From assembly GCF_006345805.1 (NCBI RefSeq), contig NC_043002.1, positions 9,610,001-9,674,000 on the forward strand: DNA of 64,000 nucleotides, read 5' to 3'. Each line of letters starts with the position of its first letter. The first letter of the stretch is position 1. Below the pieces are notes generated by a model. That model worked only from the letters and a program-made list of their open reading frames with translations. It was not told the DNA's origin and did not search any database. A program made the translations under genes and the position numbers. Source of the stretch: Octopus sinensis. Taxonomy: Eukaryota. Of the stretch, positions 1 through 12,054 are shown piece by piece.

Positions 1-200
1 AAATTATCATACCACAAAACCTAAACAGTTACCCTCTTTCTCTCCCACCCACATAGTACCATTTCCATCCTGTCACACTCAGTACCCCTTAACTTCTCAA
101 ACCCAGCCATTTACTAACACCTGTTAACAATTATAACTTTATATATGCTCCAGTGAAAACTGTATTTTTTAATAAATTTAGCTAAAGATCAAAGAATAAC

Positions 201-240
201 CCAGTCTGAAGGATGAAAAGAAGAAACTAGCAGTCACTGG
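201..240 (+). ncRNA. Degenerate type I hammerhead-like motif
   Basis: ccagt CTGAAGGA tgaaaagaa GAAA ctagcag TC actgg. Stem I (5 bp) and the GUC site are intact; stem II is absent and the core has an extra base. Confidence 0.3.
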
Positions 241-373
241 AATATTGATGTTTTCAGTTCCAGAAATGAATATTTCTCTTCACTCAATATTGAATAACTT
301 AACAAACTGAAAAAAAATTGAATATCTAGGGTAGAGTAATTTTATTGTATACATTAGCTCAGGTCACTTTACA

Positions 374-413
374 CTTTACAACTGTTTCATGTCCAGGTGT
401 AACCTTCAGATGC
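374..413 (-). ncRNA. Degenerate hammerhead-like motif
   Basis: Minus strand: gcat CTGAAGG ttacacctggacat GAAA cagttg TA aagt. Related to the 55259 motif; A9 and stem I are decayed. Confidence 0.3.
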
Positions 414-464
414 AGTTAAGTCAGTGGTGAGAACTTGAGAATTATTATTTTTTTTTTTCAATTC

Positions 465-690
465 AATTTTTATTGACTCAAAAAGCAAAAGCAAGGCCAT
501 GTAGGGGGACAGGGAGTTATGTACAGGGAGGATGGTCATACAAAGAGTTCAGGCCATTTCTGGTCAAGAGAGACTTTGAACCGAACGGTTGTCGGCATCT
601 TCACTATCTCGTTCGGCAGTTTATTCCACGGATCCGCAACCCAGACGGAGAAAGCCCCTCTCCTTCGATTATTAGATGATATTGTCAGAA
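465..690 (-). mobile_element. 3' end of a CR1/L2-like LINE
   Basis: Minus-strand translation RRGAFSVWVADPWNKLPNEIVKMPTTVRFKSLLDQKW is a typical CR1/L2 ORF2 C-terminus. Confidence 0.7.
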
Positions 691-769
691 TGGAGTAACT
701 TGTTGCAGGTTTCTTATTGACTTTGTCAGCTGGTATACTTTTGGTGAAGACAGTCTATATCTAGCAGAT

Positions 770-1130
770 TAATTTAGTGTGAGCAGTTTCTTATGATTAT
801 AGAGGTAGAATTTATTTTCGTATCAAGACGTAGATATTAATTTGCTTTTCCTGTTCAAAATGTTTCTGGGCCTTTTTTTGTTTTCCTTAACAGCTGGAAC
901 TTTTCCTCATGACAGGTTGCAGAACACTGTTCTTTTAATATATTTGTTACTGTAGGCTGATATAGTCAAACCTTGTGTGCTTCTTCTGCTGTAGTCGACA
1001 GAGTGATATATTCTTATAAATTTGAAGGTAGATGCATAATAATTCTTGAAAAGGGCTTCGCACATGCCTAGGCATGATTTGGTATTATTAGCATCTTGAT
1101 TATTAACTCACCATACATCCACTTCAGAAT
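770..1130 (-). mobile_element. Decayed Penelope-like element, GIY-YIG C-terminal region
   Basis: Frameshifted minus-strand translation ...CNL..EEKFQLL...LNRKSKLIST*YENKFYL resembles PLE endonuclease ends. Confidence 0.6.
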
Positions 1131-1417
1131 TGTATTTGAAGACTAAATTCTATTTTTCGTCTTGTTTTCCTGTTTTTGATTGTCTATCTCTTTTTTTATA
1201 TCTCTCTCTGTCAGTTTGTATATTGATGTATATGTATTGTCTTAGTTTACGTTCACTTTCCCATGCTGTCATGTGTTGGAAAGAGATTCTGAAGCAGTAT
1301 TATGTGACCATATACGCATACACAAACACACACACACGCACACACACGTGTGTGTGCGTGCATATCTATATTGTAATTCTGCTGGTTTCTTCATTCACAT
1401 GTAACGCTTTAGTTTGT

Positions 1418-1418
<1 letters not shown>

Positions 1419-1466
<48 letters not shown>
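1419..1466. repeat. (AG)n microsatellite
   Basis: Pure AG run. Confidence 0.95.
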
Positions 1467-1467
<1 letters not shown>

Positions 1468-1925
1468 AGGATTTGAGAGTGGGAGGGAAAAGGGGTGAGA
1501 GAGAGAAAGAGAGGGAAGTGAGTGAGATAGCAGGTAGCCTCTTCCACTAATCATTTGGTTAGTGGAAGTGACAGGTAAAGAGAAAGAGGAAAGAGAGAAA
1601 TGCTAATAACATGAAGAGGGGAATTTCATGGTTAAAAAGCTTGTAGAAGTAGAGAGAGAGAGAGAGAGAAACAAATATAAAGTGTTTTGCATAGGGAAAC
1701 TTTTTAAATCATAATATCATTGAGACTAGCTGTATATTCTCTATATTGCTTTGTGTACATTAATTTGTATATAATGTAAAATGATTATAATAAAAATTTT
1801 GCATAATAAGGAATATGCAATTGTTCTTGAAAGCTTAAATAGAATTAAATATTAACAAATGACATGTGTATTAAGTATTGTAGAGATTGTTATTGTATAT
1901 TTTTCTATCATTTATTACACAAGCA

Positions 1926-2760
1926 ACATTATCCTCATCATCATTTAGCATCTGCTTTCCATGCTGGCTTGGGTTAGACAGTTTGACTGGAACTGGTAAG
2001 CTGGAGGGCTGCACCAAGTTCCAGTCTGACTTGGCATGGTTTCTGCGGCTGGATGCTCTTCCTAACACTAACTACTCTGGCAATCCTTCGGTATAAGTAC
2101 ACATGTGACTTTGTTTACATTTCTGAATATAACAGAAACCCTTTTCTCCCAGCCCTAACCCTGACACAAACCCTAACCTCCATATATATAAATAAAACCA
2201 CTTTCTTGAAATGTATCCGGTACTTCCGGTACTTACACCGAAGTTACGCCACTACTCCAAGAGTGTAATGGGTGCCTTTTATGTGCCACTGGCACAGATA
2301 CCATTTCTATGACGCTGGCAATGGTCACAACTATGATTTCACGGGTGCCATTTACATGACACTGGCAACGGTCACGACTACCATTTTACTTGGCCTGATG
2401 AGTCTTCTACTCAAGCACAGCATACTCCCAAAGGTCTCAGTCACTTGTCATCGCCTCCGTTATGCCCAACACTCACAGATCATGCTTCACCACTTCATCC
2501 CATGTCTTCCTGGGTCTACCTCTTTTACAGGTTCCCTCCACAGTTAGAGATCAGCACTTCTTTACACAGCTATTCTCATCCATGTGCATCACATGACCAT
2601 ACCAGCTCATTCGTCTCTCTTGCACACCACATCTGATGCCTCTTATGCCCGGTTTTTTTCTCAAAACATTTACACTCTGTTGTACATGCACACTGACACT
2701 GCACATCCAGTGAAGCATACTAGCTTCATTTCTTTCCAGCCTTCCTCTTCTAAACTGCAT
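1926..2760 (-). mobile_element. RTE LINE 3' end: ORF C-terminus, 3' UTR and (GAT)n tail
   Basis: Minus strand: RRMSWYGHVMHMDENSCVKKC...GRPRKTWDEVVKHDL, then UTR modules, then the conserved AGGAAGGGCATCCAGC-type terminal segment. Confidence 0.85.
2079..2250. mobile_element. 172-bp MITE inserted in the RTE 3' UTR
   Basis: Imperfect 22-bp TIR ggcaatccttcggtataagtac / gtacttacaccgaagttacgcc; TSD actactct (2071-2078) / actactcc (2251-2258). Confidence 0.8.
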
Positions 2761-3277
2761 TTTTCTCTTCCTCCCAATTTCCTCTTCATATACTAGGATT
2801 GTCTTCCAATCCCCTTCTTTGCCCTCACTGTCCTGCTCAATGTATCACTGCTTTCCCCCACCCCATTTTTATACCCAGGTTTTCACCAATCACTCCCTAC
2901 ACCCGACCACATTATGACCTCCATACCCCTTTCTCCCTTACTTTACCATTACATGTATGCTCTGATCCTTGTTACTTACCATTCTATATTTAAGAGATAA
3001 GGAATTGTGTACATTATTTACATTATTTACAATTAACGGATATTCCATGCTTGTCGCTACTTGAGCAAAACAGTTGTGATGTTTATAATTCCTAGTTGAC
3101 ATAACAGCTAATCCTTTTATACTATTAAACTTTGAATTAGAAAAGTCCTTTACTTGAAAAATAGCTAAGAGTTAGCAAGAGGAAGGATTTCAGCTGTAAA
3201 ACTCATACCTCAAATAAGTCCTCATCCAACTTACATTGACACAGGAAAATGGACATTGAACAAATAGAAAATATATA

Positions 3278-3445
3278 CAGGCACAGGTGTGGCTGTGTGG
3301 TAAGAAGCTTGCTTCCCAACCACATAGTTCTGGGTTCAGTACCACTATGTGGCACCTTGGGTAAGTGTCTTCTTCTATAACTTCAGGTTGACCAAAGCCT
3401 TGTGAGTGGATCTGGTAGACAGAAACTGAAAGAAGCCTGTCATGG
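3278..3445 (+). mobile_element. tRNA-derived SINE family B, 5' half (inverted fragment at 3735-3812)
   Basis: gtggctgtgtggtaagaagcttgcttcccaaccacat...ggttcagtacc...gaaactgaaagaagcc, the same family as 62098-62500. Confidence 0.85.
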
Positions 3446-4275
3446 ATATATATATATATATATATATACCAAATATATACGTTTTATTTATTATTTTGCA
3501 CATTACTTAATCATTGTTATATGTTTTATCTTATATTTAATCTTTCTATAAGATGTAATTTTCTAAATGGTATCATTTAATTTTTCATTATTGAATTGAT
3601 AAAAGGTGGTTTTTTTAATTATAATTTATATATATACATATTATATTTTGTGAAATTTGATTTTATATTTCTAAATTGAATTTTTCACTGTAAGTTTGGA
3701 ATAATATTCCCTCATCTTATATATATATATATATGACGGGCTTCTTTCAGCTTCTGTCTACCAGATCCACTCACAAGGCTTTGGTCGGCCCGAAGCTATA
3801 GTAGAGGACACACATCCAATATATATAGAGAGAGTGAGCATTATGCAGTAAGTTACCTAGACGTCAACCTTAATCTAGTCACTAATAAGATCCATCCATT
3901 CCATAAGTTGAATGAAAGCCTAAAGTATATTCTTCAAGTAACCATCCTAAATCAGTTAAAGAAACCTTAATAAATAATATAGGTAAATGAATATCTATCC
4001 TATCCTCAGATTATGGCACTTTTAATAAATACGTCCCATATTATAATAAAGCATTTAATAAATATATGTATTAACTAAAGTAGGATATAATTAATGAAGT
4101 ATATTATGTACCCTGCTGGTAATTTTGGTCATATCCTTTAGGTATTATTTCATGATGTGCAAACTGATATCATGAGTTTACTTTCAGATATACTCATTAA
4201 GTTATTTTTGTATTATCTGAAATAGAATACCCGTATATCGATTAATCCCCCCAAATTGAATTAATATATATTTAT

Positions 4276-4437
4276 AGGCATAGGAGTAGCTGTGTGGTAA
4301 GTAGCTTGCTTACGAATCACATGGTTCTGGGTTCATTCCCACTGCGTGGCACCATGGGCAAGTGTCTTCTACTATAGTCTCGGGCTGACTAAAACCTTGT
4401 GAGTGGATTTGGGAGACGGAAACTGAAAGAAGCCTGT

Positions 4438-4500
<63 letters not shown>

Positions 4501-4575
4501 GTTTGTGTGTCTTTATTTGTCCCCCCAACATTGCTTGACAACCAATGCTGGTGTGTTTACATCCCCGTAACTTAG
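4276..4575 (+). mobile_element. SINE family B, 3'-truncated
   Basis: tRNA-like head, TTGGGCAAGTGTCTTCT-type core and internal (TG)n/(TA)n. Confidence 0.85.
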
Positions 4576-5079
4576 AAGAATTTGAATCTGTTTCTTACCC
4601 ATGAGAAATCTAACAGAGTCTCCCCTCCACCTTCTTGCACACCAGACACATCTACATGCCGTCACTCTATCAATATTCTCATCAGACTTTCATTGATCAT
4701 GGCAGCCCTGAAATTGTGGACTCCAGAGGAACAGTCGGAAAATTGTTGTTGTGCAGCTCTTGTCAACACCATATCTTTTTAATCTGCATTTCAGTGTGGC
4801 AGCTACTGTACTCTGATACGTTTGATATAGACACATACAACGGGCCTTTTCAGTCCCCCCCCCCTACTAAATCCACTTACAAGAGTTTGGTCAACTCAAG
4901 ACATGCAGTGAGACTAGACCTGGAACCAAGTGGTTAGGAAACAAACTTCTACCCACACGGTCACCCGCACATGCACACTCTCACATAAGGAATGGGAGTC
5001 ACATACAATGCACTTCTTTTAGCATCTCCCTACCTAATCCACTCATAAGACCTGCCTGGGTCTGCAATAGATGACACTT

Positions 5080-5309
5080 ATTTCTTTACTACCCACAAGG
5101 GGCTAAACATAGAGAGGACAAACAAGGACAGACAAACGGATTAAGTCGATTACATCGACCCCAGTGCGTAACTGGTACTTATTTAATCAACCCTGAAAGG
5201 ATGAAAGGCAAAGTCGACCTCGGCGGAATTTGAACTCAGAACGTAGCGGCAGATGAAACACCACTAAGTATTTAGCCCGGCATGCTAACGCTTCTGCCAG
5301 TTTGCGCAG
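5080..5309 (-). mobile_element. SINE family A inserted into a decayed family B copy
   Basis: TTGCCTTTCATCCTTTC-GGGGTCGATAAATTAAGTACCAG-type body; 12-bp TSD tagatgacactt at 5068-5079 and 5310-5321. Confidence 0.88.
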
Positions 5310-7004
5310 TAGATGACACTTGCCCAAGCTTCCACACTGTGACTGAACTCCAATCCACCTAGTAGGAATGCTTTGTTCACAAAACTGTTTAATTGGGCAT
5401 GACCTCGGGCTAAACAGCAACAAAACTAGTTACTATTAAAAACATATCCTTGTATTAACAGATTGCATATTTTCATTTAATAAACCCCAATTTTCTGATA
5501 AAAGAATTTCACTAATAACACTGTGCAACAAATTTCAGGTTCAAAAAATGTACAACAAATGTACACTGTGCAACAAATGTACAAGTTAAGTAAGACTTGT
5601 TCCTGGGTCAAAAAATTGTCCTGATTTTGATTCTGACCTTTATTTCTCCAGATTAGGCACCGTTTTCCCGTACCATAAACCATATGTTTTATAATATACT
5701 GCATAATATTGCATATTGAACCCAACATTGCAAATATTGAAAGTTACAGAAAACAAAAACAAAAAATTTAGTTGGTATAACAAAACATATTTTTATTTAT
5801 TTTTATTTATTTTATTTTATTTTATCTAGTTTCAGCTCACGAGCTGTGGCCATGCTGGGGCACTGCCATATATTGGTTATGAATTAAAAACACACCTGTC
5901 AGTTTAAAGAACTTTTGTCCTTCTAACCCTCTTGTGTGGAGTGTGACCTTCTGTTTTTTATGCCCCAGCAGAAGTCTGCCAACATGCCAGGGTTCCATTT
6001 TCCTTTGAAATCATCGCTCCATCACTGAAATATCCTGATGGAATCTTTCACCATGTTCATCATTCACATCACCAAGATTTTCCACAAAAACAGATTGCAT
6101 ATTTTTATTTAATCCACCCCTATTTTCTGATAAAAGAATTTCACTAATAATCCTTAACTTTTCTTTTAATTGTCACTGGATAGCATTTCTTGGAATTTAT
6201 TTAGAGCTAAGACATTGTCCTTTTTCAAGATTGTAAGATATGGTTTGAGACAGATTTTGCTGCAATTTCTAGCAAGTTGTATGACCACTTAGAGCCCCCC
6301 TCCTCCTTGTTAGACTGGCTTTCTTTTTAATGTGGCAAAAGATTCTTCTCATTTTGGTAGTTTTTCAGAAAATATCTTCTCAATAAGATTTTAGGTTCTT
6401 CTAATTATTCATAGTTGACCGTCACTAATTAAATGGCTTGTTTATTAATACAACTAATCTTGTAAACATTTTCTTTGATGTCTCAGAAATAATTGGCCAT
6501 CGTTTATTTTTTGGTAATGAAGGCTTCTCTATTAGAAAGACAAAATATTTACAAAAACACAGGTAACATTGATATAGATGTAACTATTTTTAAGATGTAA
6601 ATTTTTCAATTAAATTCGTTATTCTAGCAGCCCTAGTTAATGAAATAAACTTTTGATATGTAACATACTTGAGATCTTAATGAAGAAGAGAACATGCTTT
6701 CAAGGAAATATTTGAATTTCTAATTATATTTAGTTTGCTTTGTGTTGGACAGACACTAAGAATCTTCTGATCTAATTCTGTCGCTTCCTTTCCAGTCTGT
6801 TATAACTCATTCTGCCAATACTGAAACAGGTTTACTGATTAAACTGTGGAGTAGCATTTCAACATGAAATATTAACCTCAGTGATACATGAGCAAAAGCA
6901 AGGTAAACATAAATAGATTAAAGTCAAAGAACAGGAGTGCCAAGGTAATACAATATGCTATGAAGCAACAGAAAGGAGATAGCAATGTTTTGGACATCTT
7001 TGTC

Positions 7005-7358
7005 GAGAGGAAGCACAATGGCCCAGTGGTTAGGGCAGCGGACTCGCGCTCGGAGGATTGCAGTTTCGATTCCCAGACCGGGCGTTGTGTGTGTTTATTG
7101 AGCGAAAACACCTAAAACTATATGAGGTTCCGGCAGGGGGTGGTGGCGACCCCTCTTGTACTCTTTCGCCCCAACTTTCTCTCACTCTTTCTTCCTGTTT
7201 CTTGTCCCCAACTTCCTACGCAACCGCTGAGCCCGAATGCACATTCATCCATCCGTCGATGCTCTCGGTGTCGAGGGTTGACCTGCTTTCTCTTCTGCAG
7301 GTCTTACAAATAGCAAAGGACCACGTTTCGAAGACTGCTTCGCTCAACAAACAAACAA
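7005..7358 (+). mobile_element. tRNA-derived SINE family C, full length
   Basis: A/B-box-like head ggcccagtggttagggcagcggactc...gtttcgattccc; (CAAA)n tail; 11-bp TSD acatctttgtc at 6994-7004 and 7359-7369. Confidence 0.85.
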
Positions 7359-7437
7359 ACATCTTTGTCAAGATGAAAGAAGAAGAAAAAGAAAAATTAA
7401 AATAAGAGATGACAAAAAGTGATTGAAGATTCTTCTT

Positions 7438-7553
7438 CATCATCATCATCGTCATTTAATGTTTGCTTTCCATGCTGGCATGGGTTGGACGGTTTGACTG
7501 AAGATTGGTGAGCCAGAAGGCTGCACCAGGCTCCAATCTGATCTGGCAGAGTT
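7438..7553 (-). mobile_element. Short RTE 3'-terminal fragment
   Basis: (CAT)n followed by gctttccatgctggcatgggttggacggtttgactg. Confidence 0.8.
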
Positions 7554-7867
7554 TGAAGATGGAATATGCTGTGCAGTGGTAGACTGGTGGGTAGAGTTGC
7601 TGGTTTCTAGTAGAGAAGAATGGATGTGCACAAAGGGAGATAAGTATGAGTGTTGTGAAGTGTGTGTATATGCATATGAAAGGTTGTGTTTGAATGTATG
7701 TGAGTGCCTCTGTGTGTGTGTGTGATTGTTGGGGTTTTGTAACACCATTTGGCAAATGGTTAAGCATATTGGCCTTGTAGATGCTTTGCTGCTGCTATAC
7801 CATCCATGTCAATTCGTTTGAATGATGTATCAGTGTTGATGGTAACAGTGTACAATAAGTGACAGAT

Positions 7868-8090
7868 AAGCTGGCAGAATCATTAGCCCGCCGGCCGAAA
7901 TGCGTAGCCGTATTTCATCTGCCGGTACGTTCTAAGTTCAAATTCCGCCGAGGTCGACTTTGCCTTTCATCCTTTCGGGGTCGATAAATTAAGTACCAGT
8001 TACGCACTGGGGTCAATATAATCGACTTAATCCGTTTGTCTGTCCTTGTTTGTCCCCTCTGTGTTTAGCCCCTTGAGGGTAGTAAACAAA
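7868..8090 (+). mobile_element. SINE family A
   Basis: Matches the other family A copies. Further copies lie at about 20205-20432(+), 27980-28201(+), 42740-42970(+), 48617-48845(-) and 50070-50190(+). Confidence 0.88.
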
Positions 8091-8798
8091 TGAATAAGTG
8101 ACAGATATTTAGTTGTAGACAACAGTTCAGGTGTTGCTGGGCTTAGTTTGTCTGTTGTAAAAGAAGTCCTGCTGTTTAATTTAATGCTAGAACTTCTTGG
8201 TGTTGGTCCCAATTTTATACACTGATAAAATGGGAGTATGGCAGAGGCCTGTTGTAAGGATTGGACCATCATCTTCAGAGTGTGGTAATCCAGTGGGAGT
8301 AGAATAACAACTGTGTTGAAAGGTACCATGAATGCAGGAGCAACAGTTATCTCTTATTATAAAAGGCAGATTTTATCTGCCTCCCTTTGGGAGTTATACA
8401 AATCTACAATATAGGATTTCTTCAATTACAATTTACCTAGCAGTTTTAAGAGTACAATGCATCGCGTCATGCCAGGTCCAGTTTTTAAAATTTAAACTCC
8501 AATTAAGCAAAATTTACAGAAAACTCACATTCTGGTGTGTGTGTCAAATGCTTTTCTTAGTCTGGTTTACACCACACGCAAACGCACACACACAGTGGGC
8601 AACGAATAAAATGAAAGTAAATGTAATATTTGTTTCTGTCTATCACGCTGATAGATACATGAGTAAAATGTATGGGAAGCTAACAGATAACAGTGAGTGA
8701 AAATGTTCTTGGAAGAGAGTAAATTAGCGACAGTGATTTGAGGAAGACTAAACTGAAACTATGAAACAGTGTTTATGTATAAACAGACGACACTTATA

Positions 8799-9110
8799 TA
8801 AACCCTTTCGTTACCAAACCACCCGAATTTACCTATTCATATTTAAATGAGAATATCAGAGTAAATCTCTTTAGTACATTCGTGAAAACACGTATTATAC
8901 TTCGTAAACACTTCAAATACAGTTTTGTACAAAAATCGAAGTGTAATTTTAATTCCGTGAATTATGGGAGATTTTTTTCCGAAATTTGTTCCTATTGTGT
9001 TTTCAAAATTTGTAATTCTGACAAAAAATGGATACGAATTTCATTATATCAAGCAGCGAGTCAGAATTCGAAGGATTTTCTACTGAAGACCTTCATAAAT
9101 CTAACTCTAT
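8799..9110 (+). mobile_element. piggyBac-like left end with transposase start
   Basis: Begins aaccctttcgttacc, like the MITE TIR at 32579; acidic start MDTNFIISSSESEFEGFSTEDL. Confidence 0.5.
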
Positions 9111-9128
9111 GACTGAAAAAAAAAAGCA

Positions 9129-9522
9129 TCTTTATATAAGAGTGAAGTTGTGTGTCTGTCCCCTTCGATTTACATTCGTAATTACTCCCACATTTTGCGG
9201 TGCAGTTTAACCAAAAGCGGGTATCTTATAGTCGTGATTCATATCGAGCCCTTCTGGGTATTAGCGCGCGTCTACGATGAGTCTACGATTTAAAAAAAAT
9301 TTACCATCATATTTTTCCATTTTAATGCATTTTTTCACTTTTATATAAGGGAAGTAACTCTCTAAATATATCTACGATTTGTCAACGATTTAAAAAAAAT
9401 TTACCTTAATTTTTTTTCAATTTTTAATGCATTTTTTTTGCTATTTTTTGGCTATAACTCTCTAAAAATGCTTATATAGTTATTTCCCTTACAACCCGAG
9501 CAACGCCGGGCGATACTGCTAG
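9129..9522 (+). mobile_element. Non-autonomous Helitron
   Basis: A|TC 5' start; 3' hairpin cccgagcaacgccggg followed by CTAG|T. Confidence 0.75.
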
Positions 9523-9807
9523 TCTCTCTATAAATAAACGGCAAAATGTCTGTGTCTGTCTGTCTGTGTGTGTGTGCATGTCCTTTATACAAATCCACAA
9601 TTTTTCAGTTAGAGGGCTCGCATTTTCTATGGTCATTGAAAACTGTCCAAGGGTGGTCGTGCACATCTTTACTACATTTCCCCAGTCACCCTGCAAAGCC
9701 ATTAAAAAATCAATAGAAGTGACTTTTTTTTGTGAATTTTCTATCCAAAACCCAATCAAAATGCCTGAAACTTGATACGCCAATTGAATGTCGGGTCATA
9801 GTGCTAG
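9523..9807 (+). mobile_element. Second non-autonomous Helitron, head-to-tail with the first
   Basis: TC start, (GTCT)n/(GT)n near the 5' end, decayed hairpin and CTAG at 9804-9807. Confidence 0.55.
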
Positions 9808-12023
9808 CCTAATATAACTGAAGGCTTATATTTTATTTCATGTTTCCTGCACCACTGTGTAGCATAGCTTGCCTCTATAACCAAGGTACACTGAACATAG
9901 CTCCTATGAAATTAGATTAATGTTTGATGTAAGCTTTAGTCTCTATAGTCAATTTTTAAATACCACTCATTATTTTTATTCATTTCTATTTATATTTGTT
10001 TTATTTATCAATGAATTTATTTATCAAGAAATGAGTAAAGAAAATCATATTCAAATAACTATAAATAAATAAAGCATTCAAAATATTTGAAATATGGAAA
10101 GAGAAATTTTTGTGACAAAGTCCGTGTTTTGTCCTGAGAGAAGATCATAGTTAACGTTGGTCATTAAAAACTAAAGCAGAGTAAACAACTGGTATTTTTT
10201 GTTTTGAGTAGTATTTGAAAATAATGTCAGGGCTACTTACAAAATATGTAATTAGACTGGCCTTATAATTATCTTGGGACTTGTTCGTTTTACTTGTTGA
10301 CACAGAATTTAGCCTGGTCATGTGTGTATTCACTGAAACACATCCCAGAAAGTTGATTTTAAATTCACTTTTGTTTTCTTACAAGAGCAATTGTCTCACT
10401 ATCTGAAATCTTTTATGTGTGTGTTTATGTATGCATATATATATGCCATGCAGTGCTCTTTGTAATTGTGATAGTAGGCACAAAGAGTATTTAAACACTT
10501 TAAGGTCAGTGTTTATGGAATACATACATACTTGGAAAACAACTTTAGCGGTAGTTGGCCTCTCTGAAAAGCCTACTTAAGAAAGAAGCTAAGGACTCTT
10601 AATTTAAAAAAATATATTTTATGAATGTTTATGTGCAATGTTATCATCTGATGATGAAGAAAGTGAAAAGTTAACTTTGAAGGAAATCAAAATCTTTGTA
10701 TTTATCTGTATTTCTTCAGAAACTGAGCCAGTTAAAATAAGTCAATATTTGAATTATGCAAACCATTTTAGCAACAATCAGATATCATTGTACTAATAGG
10801 GCCTATTATCAGTTGTTTGGTTGTTTACCAACACTTGGCATAGCAATGTGGATATTTTTTACTAAAGCAGTGTTTCTTGGTTTAAAGTGTATTTCAATTA
10901 GAGGTAAGAATGCTTTTCCCATTTTTACTACTACTCAATATTCTTTTCACTATTCTGAATTGGAACATTTTGAATTTATTGTCGATATCAATATTTCTTT
11001 TTATATATCATTACTGTTACGTCTTCTCAAGAGTCAATTAGAGAATGGCAAACAAGCTGGAATTGCTTATTTTAATCAAATTGCACTTGAGATGGCTTTC
11101 TGCCCAATTGGTAAATCTACCCTTTTGGTATTATCAAGGCTTATATTTTGGAATGTTACCAATATATACATACATACACACATGTGTATATATATCATTT
11201 ATATTGGAGTATTAAGTTGCTTTTTATTCAGTGGCAAGCTTGAATGTCATTATAAAATATTAATATTGAACTCAACAGCTATTGATTTGTATAGAATTTT
11301 TTTAAGTAGTACTGTAATACTGGAAATTTAACAGCATTTAAAAGAAGTTATTAGTCAGAAATTCATATAAAACTATGGTTTGCAATAATTTTATTTCAAA
11401 TATAGCTATTTTGTGACAAATTTGTTGCAGTTATAATTATTTAAGTTTTCCTTTGGTTTTTTAAAATTTAAGTTATTGCTGGGAGTGCATATATATTTAG
11501 GTTTATTAATACTGGTACAACATCAGTTTGGGACCTTGGTTCCAAATCCTTTTTGGATTACTGTTTTTTTTCCAAACCAGTGGTGGTTAGCTCTAAATTA
11601 AACAAACATTAATTTTACTTAAATAGTTAAATGAAATACAGGTACCTGCACACAAGTATAAATGATTCAAGTTTATTAATTTTGTACCGTTGAAGGTACT
11701 GTGAAATAGGGCTGCCCGGTAGGTAATAGAAGTTCCTGCTCATAAATTAGTGTGAATTGTAGGGGGTTCTAAATCATCAGTGTTTGGAAAGTTGTCGTAC
11801 CTGTTGTAGGTACTCATTCTAGTTTGAAGCAAGCAAATTTTCAGCATTGCTTATGCTAAAAATAAGAGTTAAATTAACTCTAAAGCCACTAAAGCACTAA
11901 ATTAATGACTGACAAAGGGCGGTAAGTCCCTGGCATACATAACTATATTGTAATTTCGAATTTGTGGCCTCTTTTAATTTTGTCTTTAGGTTCTAATTGC
12001 TAATAAGCAAACCTTTTAATTTG

Positions 12024-12054
<31 letters not shown>

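Noticed and set aside
2150-2180. Interstitial telomere (ccctaacc)
   Set aside because: Only two or three imperfect words inside a MITE.
5457-6150. ~60-bp direct repeat (about 5457-5519 and 6088-6150)
   Set aside because: Short, AT-rich, with no termini or coding signal; nothing further supportable.
7015-7090. tRNA gene
   Set aside because: A tRNA-like SINE head continuing into a SINE body with a TSD; no complete cloverleaf.
10756-11331. 191-aa ORF
   Set aside because: No recognisable domain or splice context; consistent with a chance ORF in AT-rich intron.
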